NCBI GenBank assembly: GCA_000092065.1
Contig: CP000582.1
Source: Ostreococcus lucimarinus
Taxonomy: Eukaryota
Length of the DNA stretch: 64,000 bases
Strand: one strand, 5' to 3'
The notes beneath the pieces were generated by a model. That model searched no databases, was not told the origin of the DNA, and saw nothing but the letters and a program-made list of their open reading frames with translations. Of this stretch, positions 48,166 to 58,226 are shown one piece after another (the stretch's first letter is position 1; the number at the start of each line of letters is the position of its first letter). Both the position numbers and the translations under genes were made by a program.

Positions 48166-51100
48166 ATGCCGACGTTCCGGGACGACATGGCGGGGTCATC
48201 GCACGACACCGCGGCGATTGATTTCACGAAGACGCCGTTCGCGCCGGCGTCGACGCCGAGAAAGATTAGCGCGGTGCGGTTTTCGCTGATGAGCTCGAGC
48301 GAAATCGGACGCGCGGGGGTGTTTCACGTGTTCGAACGGAATTTGTATCAGATGCCGCAGCGAACGCCGATGCCGAACGGGATATTAGATCCGAGAATGG
48401 GGACGACGGATAAGCGCGGTGGGGAGTGCGCGACGTGTCGAGGGAACATGGTGGATTGCGCGGGGCACTTTGGGTACATCAAGCTGGAGCTGCCGGTGTT
48501 TCACATCGGATACTTTAAAAACATCATCAGCGTGTTGCAGTGCGTGTGCAAGAATTGCTCGCGGATTTTACTGAACGAGGATGATCAAGATATGTTTTTG
48601 AAGCGCTATCGGAATCCAAGACTTGAGATTACGCAGAGGCGTCTGCTGTACAAAAAGTTGACGGAAAAGTGCAAACGATGCCGAACGTGTCCGCATTGCG
48701 GAGATTACAACGGCGTGACCAAGCGTGCGGGGCAGACTTTGAAGATCGTTCACGAAAAGTATAGTAAAAACCCAGCGTTGTTGGAGGAGTTTATGAAGGA
48801 GTTTGAAACAGCTTTGAAGTACAACGAGCAGCTTCGAGCGTCACTGCCAAAGGTGCAAGACGATTTGAATCCCATTCGTGTGTTGGGCATATTACAGCGC
48901 GTCACTTCGGCCGATTGCGAATTACTAGACATCGCAGATCGACCGGAACACTTGCTCTTGACGCACCTGCCCGTTCCGCCGTGTTGCATCAGGCCTTCGG
49001 TGGAGATGGACGGCGTGTCAGGGTCAAACGAAGACGATATCACGATGAAGCTCATACAAATCATCGAAGTCAACAATGTTTTGCGGCAAGGCTTAGAGAA
49101 AGGGCTCGCTGTTAACAATATGATGGAGAATTGGGATTTTTTACAGATTCAATGCGCCATGTACATCAACAGCGAGCTTCCCGGTTTATCTCTGCAGTAC
49201 CAGGGCCCTGGTAAGCCGCTGCGCGGCTTTGTGCAAAGACTCAAGGGTAAGCAAGGGCGCTTCCGCGGTAACCTCAGCGGTAAGCGCGTAGACTTCAGTG
49301 CGCGCACTGTGATCTCACCAGATCCGAATCTTCGGATCGACGAGGTTGGTGTACCAATACATATAGCGAAGACAATGACATACCCAGAAGTCGTCAACAA
49401 ACACAACATGGTGATGCTGAGAGAGCGCGTGCGCAATGGTATGGCGAAGCATCCTGGAGCGAACTTTGTCAAGTTTGCGTCTGGTGGTATGCAGTACTTG
49501 AAGTACGGCGATCGTCGCAAGATTGCCAGCGAGTTGAAATTCGGAGACATTGTTGAGCGACATTTGCACGACGGCGACATTCTGTTGTTCAATCGTCAGC
49601 CGAGTTTACACAAGATGTCAATCATGGCGCACAAGGCACGTATCATGGAGTGCCGAACTCTACGTTTTAACGAGTGCGTGTGTACGCCGTACAACGCCGA
49701 TTTCGACGGTGACGAGATGAATATTCATTGCCCTCAAACGGAAGAAGCGCGCGCCGAAGCGATGCAACTTATGGGAGTGCAACACAACCTGTGCACACCG
49801 AAAAACGGCGAGATTCTCATCGCAGCGACGCAGGACTTCCTAACTGCAGCGTTTCTTCTCACCATTAAGGATGCGTTTTTTGATCGCTCTCAGTTTGGCT
49901 CGCTCGTCGCGTACATGGGTGATGCGCTCCTTTCCGTGGATCTTCCGACGCCAGCAATCTTGAAACCCATTGAGCTGTGGACTGGAAAGCAAGTGTTCAG
50001 CGTTCTCATTCGACCGAAAGCGTCCGATCACATATATGTTAATCTTGAAGTCGCTGAAAAGCTGTACAACAAGAAGGACAAAACAATGTGTCCCGACGAC
50101 GGGTACGTGTGCATTCAGAATAGTGAAATAATCTCAGGGCAACTCGGCAAGGCGACACTCGGTAGTGGAAATAAAAGTGGACTATTCTACGTGCTCAACA
50201 TAGAATACGGCGCCGAAGCCGCCGCAAATGCGATGAATAGACTCGCCAAGCTGAGCGCTCGATGGCTGGGTACGCGCGGGTTTAGCATTGGCATCGACGA
50301 CGTCTCACCGGCCGCGGAGTTGTCAGCCGAAAAGGGCCGACGTATCGAGGACGGCTACAGAACTTGCGACGAACGAATCGCTTCGTATGAGAAAGGTACT
50401 TTACCTCTTCAAGCGGGCTGCAACGCGGAGGAAACGTTGGAGGCTGAAGTTCTCGGGGTCTTGTCTGCGGTGCGCGAAGCCGCGGGGAACGCGTGTTTAA
50501 AGGCGCTGCCGCGTCGCAACGCACCACTTATCATGGCTCTTTGCGGCAGTAAGGGTAGCACGATCAACATTTCTCAGATGATCGCGTGTGTTGGTCAACA
50601 AGCTGTGGGAGGCTCGCGACCTCCTGACGGTTTCGCCGAGCGATCGCTCCCGCATTTCAGGCGCGGAGAAAAGACACCCGCCGCAAAGGGCTTTGTCGCC
50701 AACTCTTTCTTTTCTGGCATGCGACCGACGGAATTCTTCTTCCATACCATGGCTGGTCGTGAAGGTCTCGTCGATACTGCCGTAAAGACTGCAGAGACTG
50801 GATACATGTCTCGTCGTCTCATGAAGGCGCTAGAGGACCTATCGCTTCAGTACGACGGCACTGTGCGCAACTCGATGGGTGGCATTGTGCAGCTGCGCTA
50901 CGGCGACGACGGCATGGAACCGACTATGATGGAGAGTGAAGACGCCCAACCGATCGAGTTTAAGCGGTGTTTGATGAATGTGCGAGGTCTGAACTCGGCA
51001 CGAGGCGAACCGCCAGCGACTCGCTCGGCGTTAGATGCGGCGCTGGACCAGTTCAAGCGAAACAACAGAATTATCAATGTCGACGAAGAAGGCGAAAGCG

Positions 51101-52446
51101 CCGAGACGCGCGAACTCGTGTACAGCGCTGGTATCTCGCAATTATTCTACGAAAACATGAGAACATTCATCATCAACGAAGTGGAGTCGCCTTCGGATGG
51201 CGTATACATGTCGGATCGACAGATGAAGGCATTTTTGGACGCGTGCGCGCGAAAATACACTGAAAAACGAATTGAGCCCGGCACCGCAGTTGGCGCCATT
51301 GGCGCACAATCCATCGGCGAGCCAGGCACACAAATGACGCTGAAGACGTTCCATTTCGCCGGTGTGGCGTCGATGAACATCACCCTCGGCGTTCCTCGAA
51401 TTAAGGAAATCATCAACGCGTCCAAGAATATCAGTACGCCAATCATCACGGCGTCGCTCATGAGCGACAGGGACGTCAAGGCGGCGCGCGTGGTGAAGGG
51501 TAGAGTGGAGAAGACGACGTTGGGCGAAATCTGTTCCGAAATCAATATTGTCGTTCGTCCGCACGATCTTTACCTCGAGCTTATGTTAGATATGGAGGCG
51601 ATCAATCAACTTCAGTTGGACGTCACCATTCACTCCGTGCGCCTGGCTGTGCTCGGGGCGCCAAAGCTCAAGCTCAAGCCTCAACACGTGCTCATCGCCG
51701 GCGAGAATATCTTGCATGTCTTACCCTCGGAAGAAGCACTGATAGAAAAACGCGCGTTGTTCACTCTGCAGCACATGCGACTGGCCATTCCCGCCGTCAT
51801 CGTGCAAGGCATCCCATCCGTCGGTCGAGCCGTCATCAACGACAAGGGCGACGGAACGTACAACCTCATCGTGGAAGGCGTGAACTTGCAGTCCGTCATG
51901 GGTATCGAGGGCATCAAGGGAACAGAGACACGAACAAACCATGTCATGGAGTGTGAACGCACGCTAGGCATCGAAGCGGCGCGCGCGTGCATCATTGAAG
52001 AGATTGACAGCACGATGGGCGCTCACGGCATGTCAATCGACAACCGACACTCGATGTTGCTCGCCGACGTCATGACGTACAAGGGCGAGGTTCTCGGGAT
52101 CACGCGTTTCGGCATGGCAAAGATGAAAGACTCTGTACTCATGTTGGCTTCGTTCGAGAAAACTACGGATCATCTGTTCGACGCAGCGCTGCACGGGCGC
52201 ACGGATTACATCGACGGCGTCTCCGAGTGCATCATCATGGGCATTCCAATGCCCATCGGCACGGGGATGTTCCGCTTGCAGCACCGCGCGATGAAACTCG
52301 AAGTTGACATCAACTTGGTAGAAGAAGACGGAAGAGAAACGTTGATGACGACTGTCACCCCCGAACAACGCGAAGAATTGCCGAAAAGACCGCCCTTGCT
52401 CTTGCAAGGCGGATACTGCAAACCATGCAGACCTATCGAAGCTTAA
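48166..52446 (+). CDS. RPC1: DNA-directed RNA polymerase III largest subunit (RPC1).
   Basis: 1426 aa with no CTD heptads. It has the zinc ribbon (CATCRGNMVDCAGHFGYIKLELPVFHIGYF), NADFDGDEMN (the active-site aspartate triad), the bridge helix and trigger loop, and the C-terminal cleft domains. Its length and N-terminal similarity to RPC1 separate it from Pol I and Pol II. Confidence 0.9.
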   Translation: MPTFRDDMAGSSHDTAAIDFTKTPFAPASTPRKISAVRFSLMSSSEIGRAGVFHVFERNLYQMPQRTPMPNGILDPRMGTTDKRGGECATCRGNMVDCAGHFGYIKLELPVFHIGYFKNIISVLQCVCKNCSRILLNEDDQDMFLKRYRNPRLEITQRRLLYKKLTEKCKRCRTCPHCGDYNGVTKRAGQTLKIVHEKYSKNPALLEEFMKEFETALKYNEQLRASLPKVQDDLNPIRVLGILQRVTSADCELLDIADRPEHLLLTHLPVPPCCIRPSVEMDGVSGSNEDDITMKLIQIIEVNNVLRQGLEKGLAVNNMMENWDFLQIQCAMYINSELPGLSLQYQGPGKPLRGFVQRLKGKQGRFRGNLSGKRVDFSARTVISPDPNLRIDEVGVPIHIAKTMTYPEVVNKHNMVMLRERVRNGMAKHPGANFVKFASGGMQYLKYGDRRKIASELKFGDIVERHLHDGDILLFNRQPSLHKMSIMAHKARIMECRTLRFNECVCTPYNADFDGDEMNIHCPQTEEARAEAMQLMGVQHNLCTPKNGEILIAATQDFLTAAFLLTIKDAFFDRSQFGSLVAYMGDALLSVDLPTPAILKPIELWTGKQVFSVLIRPKASDHIYVNLEVAEKLYNKKDKTMCPDDGYVCIQNSEIISGQLGKATLGSGNKSGLFYVLNIEYGAEAAANAMNRLAKLSARWLGTRGFSIGIDDVSPAAELSAEKGRRIEDGYRTCDERIASYEKGTLPLQAGCNAEETLEAEVLGVLSAVREAAGNACLKALPRRNAPLIMALCGSKGSTINISQMIACVGQQAVGGSRPPDGFAERSLPHFRRGEKTPAAKGFVANSFFSGMRPTEFFFHTMAGREGLVDTAVKTAETGYMSRRLMKALEDLSLQYDGTVRNSMGGIVQLRYGDDGMEPTMMESEDAQPIEFKRCLMNVRGLNSARGEPPATRSALDAALDQFKRNNRIINVDEEGESAETRELVYSAGISQLFYENMRTFIINEVESPSDGVYMSDRQMKAFLDACARKYTEKRIEPGTAVGAIGAQSIGEPGTQMTLKTFHFAGVASMNITLGVPRIKEIINASKNISTPIITASLMSDRDVKAARVVKGRVEKTTLGEICSEINIVVRPHDLYLELMLDMEAINQLQLDVTIHSVRLAVLGAPKLKLKPQHVLIAGENILHVLPSEEALIEKRALFTLQHMRLAIPAVIVQGIPSVGRAVINDKGDGTYNLIVEGVNLQSVMGIEGIKGTETRTNHVMECERTLGIEAARACIIEEIDSTMGAHGMSIDNRHSMLLADVMTYKGEVLGITRFGMAKMKDSVLMLASFEKTTDHLFDAALHGRTDYIDGVSECIIMGIPMPIGTGMFRLQHRAMKLEVDINLVEEDGRETLMTTVTPEQREELPKRPPLLLQGGYCKPCRPIEA

Positions 52447-52519
52447 TACGTTGCGGTCCGCTCGAAATTTTAGAAATTTTAGTAGAATAGACGGATTTTT
52501 ACAATTCAATTCGAGGGCG

Positions 52520-53953
52520 TTAGCCAAATGTCGCGATCGTGCGAGCGATGATCTTCGCTGCATCCTTCATATCGCTCAAGCTACAGTATTCATCATCCGC
52601 GTGGTACGTACTCATCAAACCGAAACCGATGAGTTGGATGTCGAAACCGTTCTGTTGCATTTCCGCGACGAGAGGAAGCGAACCGGTCAAACTGTACGGC
52701 TCAGCTTGACCTTTGACTTCTTGGATAACGTCGCAAAGTGTCTTGAGAGCCGGGCTCGATAAGTCGCACGCGATTCCTGTAAGTAAGTGCTCGCCCCATT
52801 CAAGTTCGAGCGAACCGCGAAGCGTGCCGCCTTTGCCGTCCGGAATGACAAATTTGCTGTAGTCTCCCTTGGTCGGAAGCGATTCAACATCGGCGTTAAT
52901 CGCCGCTACTTCGGCTTCGATGCATGCCTTGACATTATCCACTGGGTAGAAAGGCGTCAAACGAATGTCACCTGAAATCGTGGCTTCCGGCGGGATCTGA
53001 TTCAAACCGCCCGGGGCGCACGAGATTTGCGTCGGCTTCATCGTGCTCGAGGTGATGAATTTGTAGTCCCGTTCTTGCTCACACGCGGGAAACGTCGCGT
53101 AAAACTTTTCTTGCACGCGTTCAATGGCAGCCATACCGAGTTCGATCGCGTTGATACCCTTGTGTGGTAATCCAGAATGAAACCGATGTCCTTTCGCCTT
53201 GAGCGCCCACGTAATCGCCCCCGCCGTGCCTATGCACGGTTGACTATCCGCGCAGTCCACCCAAATCACCGGCCCCGGTTTACAGTGATCCAATTTTCCA
53301 TCCGCGACGAGTCCATCGACGCCGATCCCCGGTCCATTCGCCTCCTCGCTCGCGATGAACACGCACGTCAACGACGTATCCAACTCTGGCTTCAGCTCCC
53401 CGAGCTGCGCGAAAATCGTCGTCATCAACGCCACGTGTCCCAAGCAATCCGTCGTCCCTCTGCCGTACAATTTATCCCCATCCATCGTCAATTTAAACGG
53501 ATCCACGCTCCACGCTTCGGGATTCGCCGGCACGACGTCCATGTGACTCCCCGCGAACGTCAATTGTTTCTCCTTCGCCGCGTTCGCGCCGCGTCCCGGG
53601 TACCGAATCACCACGTTGCCCCGTCCTTCGGCGTACGTCACGTGTTCGACCTCGAGCACGCCCCCGTTTTCGACGCGGTACGGCTTCAGGGTCTCGAGGA
53701 CGTGTTTTACCGCCAGATCTTCGCGCGGGACGTGCGCCGTGCCGACGCCGGTGTTTTGAAGGTGTCGCGACTCGCCGATGAGTCGGGACAAGAGGTTGAG
53801 AAAGACGTCTTCGTCGAGTTCTAGCGCGCGCAAGGCGTCCGCGGCGGCGGTGGACATGGCGCGCGGTCGGGGACGCGCGCGGTGCGAGCGCGTGAAGCGA
53901 CGGTGGCGCGCGAGGACGGAGTGCGGCGCGATGGAACGAGCCGCGGCGGGCAT
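52520..53953 (-). CDS. argE: Acetylornithine deacetylase-like M20 metallopeptidase (ArgE family).
   Basis: SHMDVVPA, GRGTTDCLGHVA, EEANGPGIG and the dimerisation domain are colinear with plant and Dictyostelium ArgE-like M20 enzymes. ATG at 53953. An alternative internal ATG (MSTAAAD) lies ~96 nt downstream. Confidence 0.8.
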   Translation of the reverse strand: MPAAARSIAPHSVLARHRRFTRSHRARPRPRAMSTAAADALRALELDEDVFLNLLSRLIGESRHLQNTGVGTAHVPREDLAVKHVLETLKPYRVENGGVLEVEHVTYAEGRGNVVIRYPGRGANAAKEKQLTFAGSHMDVVPANPEAWSVDPFKLTMDGDKLYGRGTTDCLGHVALMTTIFAQLGELKPELDTSLTCVFIASEEANGPGIGVDGLVADGKLDHCKPGPVIWVDCADSQPCIGTAGAITWALKAKGHRFHSGLPHKGINAIELGMAAIERVQEKFYATFPACEQERDYKFITSSTMKPTQISCAPGGLNQIPPEATISGDIRLTPFYPVDNVKACIEAEVAAINADVESLPTKGDYSKFVIPDGKGGTLRGSLELEWGEHLLTGIACDLSSPALKTLCDVIQEVKGQAEPYSLTGSLPLVAEMQQNGFDIQLIGFGLMSTYHADDEYCSLSDMKDAAKIIARTIATFG

Positions 53954-54016
53954 AGTTGTGAAGTCGCGGCGTCGAGCCGCGGCGAGCGCGAGAGTTACAA
54001 ACTCGGGGAAAAGTCG

Positions 54017-56017
54017 CTAATCGACGGCGTAAATGGATTCTTTTCGCGCAACTGCACGCTTGTCGTGTTCCTTGACGGCGCGTTCGTATCGAGTGCCCAT
54101 GGAGAAGAGTTTGGTGCGGAGTTCGCCGAGCGACCGGCGGTTCGATTTCGACACCTTGCGCGAGAGGAAACGGGTGAAGAGCTGGAGACCGCCCTCTGGG
54201 TCGTTTTCCTCGGCATCGACGACGCGACCGCCGTTCAGAGTGACGTCAACGAGATCCATGCACACGATGACGGACCAGACCTCTTTCGCCGGGGTGTCTT
54301 GTCGGACGACGACGTCGGACAAATGTTCCATCGCGGCTCGTCGACGAGCAATAACTGACTGCGCGTCGTCGCGAGCAAGCTTCGGGATGATCTTCATCAG
54401 CTCCGCGGGTGTGATCCTTTTTGGCTTCTTACCTACGCTGGCGGTGGATTTGGCAAATGGTAGGAGGTGTCGAATCGAGACGGCGGACGCCGCCGCGAGC
54501 GCGTCTCGCAAATCTCTGTCGCGGCTCGTGAGGTTCGGCAACCATTGCACGACGCGCGCGTACACACCGACGTTCGCATACTCGTCCTCCTCCGTTGCGT
54601 TTGAGTCTATGTTGGAACTGATCTCGAGCAGGTAACGGATCGCCTTGGATTTGAACGTGTCCCACGATTTTTGCGGAACGCTCGCGAGGAGCGCCGCCGC
54701 GGCGTCTTGGAGAACCCATCCCAAAGCCTGCGCGCGATAGTCGATCGCGATGGACACAAACATTTGCAGCATCCTAGCGCATCCATCGACATTATCGAAC
54801 GCTTCGACGTTCCGCGCGAAGGCGTTGTCGCAAACTGCAGTCACCATCTCCGCCACGACGAAGAGTTCTGGGCGCAAACAAAGCGCGTCGTCCTCGTTCG
54901 CAGGGGTCGCCGGTGCGGATAGTGATGAACGCTGCGAGTTCACGTAGTCTCGCGCACCGAAAGTGCGCAATGTATCGCACACGGTGCTCGCGCAAAGTAT
55001 CCAAGCCGGAGGCGGACACTGCGATCTCCCATCCGCGGGCGCGCCGAGTCTGTAGTCGTACCTCTGCTCTCGAGCGTCGTACAGCGAACCCCACTTACAA
55101 TCGAAACCGAGCGCGGCCAAAAACGAGTCACGCGCCGCCAATCGAACGTCGTGACGCGAGCACGTCGTAGCTACGTCCCATAACCACTCCATGGTGTGCT
55201 CGTCGCACGCGCGCTTCGCCGACGCCCAACGCATCGGCAGCCACCGCTCGAGCAAGAGCACGCGCCACAAGTCTTCTTCGCGCGCGCTCGACACGCTCTC
55301 AAGTCCGCGTTTCACGACTGCGCGCAACGCTTTCGACGCGCACTGCCCGAGAACCTTCGCGTCACTTTCCGAAGAAGTCGTCGCGGCCGAGCTTCGCGAC
55401 GACGCGAACGCGTTCGCTCCCAACGTCTCCGCGTCGTACCTCAACTCGAACGCCTCCCCGTGCGCGTCCAAGAACTCCTCGTGACTATCCAACGCTTTCA
55501 ACGCCGCCGCCTCTTCCATCTCCGCCTCTCGCTTCATCGCCGCCGCCTCCTCGAGCCGTCTCGCCTCCAAATTCTCGTCGTCCAACCGCCGCCGTTCCCG
55601 CGTCTCCGCGTCCCGCTTCACGCCCGCCTCCAATTCCGCCTTCTCCGCGAGGAGATATTCGAACGAGCCCGCGCTCGTCTTCCGTCCTCCGCTCGTCGTC
55701 GCCAGCCCGCGCGCGCGCATCGCGTTCTTCAACCAGTCTTCGCTGTCGCTCCCGTCGCCCTCCGTCGCGGGCTTCGCGCGCTTCGCGTCCGCCGACGCCG
55801 CCTCGCGCCCTCGTCCCGCGCGCTTCCGCGCGCTCGGCGTCGCGCGCGCGCCGCCTCGTCGTCCCGTTCCCGTCGACGTCGCCGCGTTCGCATCCGTCTT
55901 CGCCCGCGCGCCGTCGCGCGCGCCGTCGCCCCCGCGCGCGAGCGGCGACAGCGACGCGTCGTCCTCGAGCGCGTCCGCGCGCGCGTCGTCGTCGTCGTCG
56001 TCGGAATCGCTCGGCAT
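54017..56017 (-). CDS. Hypothetical 666-aa protein with an acidic/basic N-terminus and a globular Trp/Cys-containing C-terminal region.
   Basis: Uninterrupted ORF with ATG at 56017. N-terminal DDDDDD plus an Arg/Ala-rich region, then a coiled-coil stretch (EKAELEAGVKRDAETRERRRLDDENLEARRLEEAAAMKREAEMEEAAALK). The C-terminal half has conserved-looking W/C residues. No family recognised. Confidence 0.45.
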   Translation of the reverse strand: MPSDSDDDDDDARADALEDDASLSPLARGGDGARDGARAKTDANAATSTGTGRRGGARATPSARKRAGRGREAASADAKRAKPATEGDGSDSEDWLKNAMRARGLATTSGGRKTSAGSFEYLLAEKAELEAGVKRDAETRERRRLDDENLEARRLEEAAAMKREAEMEEAAALKALDSHEEFLDAHGEAFELRYDAETLGANAFASSRSSAATTSSESDAKVLGQCASKALRAVVKRGLESVSSAREEDLWRVLLLERWLPMRWASAKRACDEHTMEWLWDVATTCSRHDVRLAARDSFLAALGFDCKWGSLYDAREQRYDYRLGAPADGRSQCPPPAWILCASTVCDTLRTFGARDYVNSQRSSLSAPATPANEDDALCLRPELFVVAEMVTAVCDNAFARNVEAFDNVDGCARMLQMFVSIAIDYRAQALGWVLQDAAAALLASVPQKSWDTFKSKAIRYLLEISSNIDSNATEEDEYANVGVYARVVQWLPNLTSRDRDLRDALAAASAVSIRHLLPFAKSTASVGKKPKRITPAELMKIIPKLARDDAQSVIARRRAAMEHLSDVVVRQDTPAKEVWSVIVCMDLVDVTLNGGRVVDAEENDPEGGLQLFTRFLSRKVSKSNRRSLGELRTKLFSMGTRYERAVKEHDKRAVARKESIYAVD

Positions 56018-56072
56018 GCGCGACGATGTGTCGCGATGGGCCGACGGTTCGCGACGTCACTTCGCGCCCGTC

Positions 56073-56946
56073 ATGCGCGCCGCCGCCGCGCTCGCGTCTC
56101 GCGCGTCGCGATTCGCGCGATCGAACGCCCGAGCGCCCGGCGCGCGCGCGCGAGGGCGCGCGCGATCGACGGTGGCGCGAGAGACGCGCGCGAACGGGAA
56201 AGCGGCTGAGCTCGCGCCGCTGGAACAGCGCGTCGACCTGCGCGTGGGGAGAGTGCTGAGCGCGAAGCGACACGAGGACGCGGAGAAATTGGTGCGTGGG
56301 GTCGATCGCGGCGCGCGCGCGGGCGCGGACGCGGAGGCGGGGATGGGAGGACGGCGGGACTGACGACGACGACGCTTTATCCGTTCGCGCGCCGCAGTAC
56401 ATCGAGGAGATCGATCTGGGCGAGCCCGAGGGGCCGAGGACGATTTTGAGCGGACTGGTGCCGTACATGTCGGCGGAGGACATCGAGGGGAAGAGCGTGA
56501 TCGTGTTTGCGAATCTGAAGGTGCGAGGACGCGAACGACGCGCGGCGAGCGAAGCGCGACGCGAACGCGAGACAAAGTTTGACGTTGATCGAACGCGCGA
56601 TGACTGACGAGACGCGAATGCGAACGCGACGCAGGCGCGTAAGCTGGCGGGCATTCCCTCGCACGGGATGATTCTCGCGGCGTCGGACGCTTCGCACGAA
56701 AATGTTGAGTTGCTCGTCGCGCCGGAGGGCGCCGTCGTCGGCGAACGCGTTCGATTCGGCGAATCCGACGAGCCGCAAGCCGAGCCGCAAACTCCGAACC
56801 AGATTCAAAAGAAGAAGACGTGGGAGGAACTCCAACCGCTTTTGGTGACGAATCAAGATTGCGTGGCGACGTACGAAGGCGCGCCGATGATGACGTCCGC
56901 CGGTCCGGTGAAGTGCGCCACCATGAAGGGCGCCACCATCGGGTAA
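56073..56946 (+). CDS. tRNA-binding domain protein (Arc1p / EMAP-II / Trbp111-type OB fold), 3 exons.
   Basis: Exon A runs 56073..56291 (presequence-like N-terminus, then LAPLEQRVDLRVGRVLSAKRHEDAEKL) with a GTGCGT donor. Exon B runs 56398..56520 (YIEEIDLGEPEGPRTILSGLVPYMSAEDIEGKSVIVFANLK) with a GTGCGA donor. Exon C runs 56635..56946 (ARKLAGIPSHGMILAASD...KKKTWEELQPLLVTNQDCVATYEGAPMMT...). It is colinear with EMAP-II/Trbp111 ([29 protein letters not shown]...CNLKPAKMRG...). Introns are 106 and 114 bp, phase 0. Confidence 0.7.
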
Positions 56947-57097
56947 TCTCGCGCGCGCCCCGTCGCGCGCGCTCGACGCGCACGATTCATCCGTTAATAT
57001 TTATTCACGCCATTTATTAACGCGCGCTCGACACACCGCGTCGCGCTCGACCGACCCCGCGGCGTCGGTTGCGTCGCTTTACTTCGCGCCTCGCGCG

Positions 57098-57727
57098 ATG
57101 TCTCGCGCCGACGCCGACGACGCCGTCACGCGCCCGTTTCTCGGCGTGAAAGAGCGTCGACGAAGTTCGTTCGCCAAGCGCGCGCTCGGGGACGATCTCG
57201 GCGTCGCCAAGGATGCGCTCGGCGCGAAGGCTTTGGAAAAGTACGGCGCCACGCGCGTCGTCTTCAGCGCGCGCGCGCTCAAGCTGAACCATCGAGACGA
57301 GCTCAAGGCCCGCATTCTCGTCGTCACGGACGTCGGCGTCATGCTGCTGGACGAACAAACCAAACGCGTGCGACGGAGGTTTAGTTGGAAGGATTTGGCG
57401 GAGGTGCGCGTGAGCGTGTACGCCGACGACTTTTTCGCGTTGGTGTCGCCGGACGAGTACGACACGCTGTGCGCGTGTAATCGCAAGACGGAAGCAATCG
57501 TCGCGATGCGGGAGATGTGGAAGCGCGATCGGGCGATGCGACGCGCGAGGGATGGGACGGCGCTCGACGCGTTCGAGGAGTTACCCGTGACGGCGAGCGA
57601 GCGCTTCACGTACAGAGCGAGCGCGACGCGCGAACGCGCGGTGAATTTCGTGCGCGTGGACGACGGTGACGTAGACATAGATGTCATCGACGTCGACGAC
57701 GAGAACGAGGACGAGAACGAGACGTAG
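57098..57727 (+). CDS. Stand-alone myosin-I tail-homology-1 (TH1)-like domain protein (209 aa).
   Basis: ILVVTDVGVMLLDEQTKRVRRRFSWKDLAEVRVSVYADDFFALVSPDEYDTLCACNRKTEAIVAM parallels the TH1 core (LVLTD.alYL......KRRIPL..I..VSVS...DDFFVLHV..EYD.LLES..KTE.V). There is no motor domain or IQ motif in cis. The C-terminus is acidic. Confidence 0.4.
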   Translation: MSRADADDAVTRPFLGVKERRRSSFAKRALGDDLGVAKDALGAKALEKYGATRVVFSARALKLNHRDELKARILVVTDVGVMLLDEQTKRVRRRFSWKDLAEVRVSVYADDFFALVSPDEYDTLCACNRKTEAIVAMREMWKRDRAMRRARDGTALDAFEELPVTASERFTYRASATRERAVNFVRVDDGDVDIDVIDVDDENEDENET

Positions 57728-57804
57728 ACTCGACGCGCGCGGCGACTCTGAGCGCGTAATTCGCGGTGTAACAACAAAACTTCTAGACGACGCGCGTTCG
57801 TCCC

Positions 57805-58226
57805 TCACCCCGGTCCAACCTTGGGAATATCGTGATGCTCGCTCAGCTTGCTCAGCTTCTCGTTGAACTCCCGCACCTTATCCTTGTGCGATTTACTCGC
57901 CATCTCCTTGATCATCTGCGCCTCTCTCGCGCGTTTATAGTGCGCCTCGTACGCCAGCTCCGCCTTGGTTCGCGTCTCCTCCTTCGCCGTCGCCTTCCCG
58001 CTCGCCGACCGCTCCCGATCGCCCTGTCCGTTCGCGCGCGAGTCGACGTCGTCAGTCACTCGTCGCGCGCCGCGCGCCCCGCGTCCGCGCGTCGCTCGTC
58101 GCGCGCCGCGCGCACCTTTTCCCGCTTGTCCTTTTTCGTCTTTTTCGCCTTCTTCGCGGTCGTCGTCGTCGCCTTGAGCGCCAACCGGCCGCGAACGACG
58201 TGGTCGTACGCGCCGTCCTTCGTCAT
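57805..58226 (-). CDS. FAM32A: FAM32A-like (DUF1754) small nuclear protein, 2 exons.
   Basis: Exon 1 runs 58226..58116 (MTKDGAYDHVVRGRLALKATTTTAKKAKKTKKDKREK) with a GTGCGC donor. Exon 2 runs 58023..57805 after a gaacggacag acceptor (GDRERSASGKATAKEETRTKAELAYEAHYKRAREAQMIKEMASKSHKDKVREFNEKLSKLSEHHDIPKVGPG*). It is colinear with human FAM32A (…RTPAQAAFEKMQEKRQMERILKKASKTHKQRVEDFNRHLDTLTEHYDIPKVSWTK). About 109 aa. The exon 2 acceptor choice is approximate. Confidence 0.7.

Noticed and set aside
55196-56983. ORFs 55196..56209 (plus), 55485..56654 (minus) and 56057..56983 (minus)
   Set aside because: Arg/Ala-rich antisense readings over the 666-aa gene and the tRNA-binding gene.
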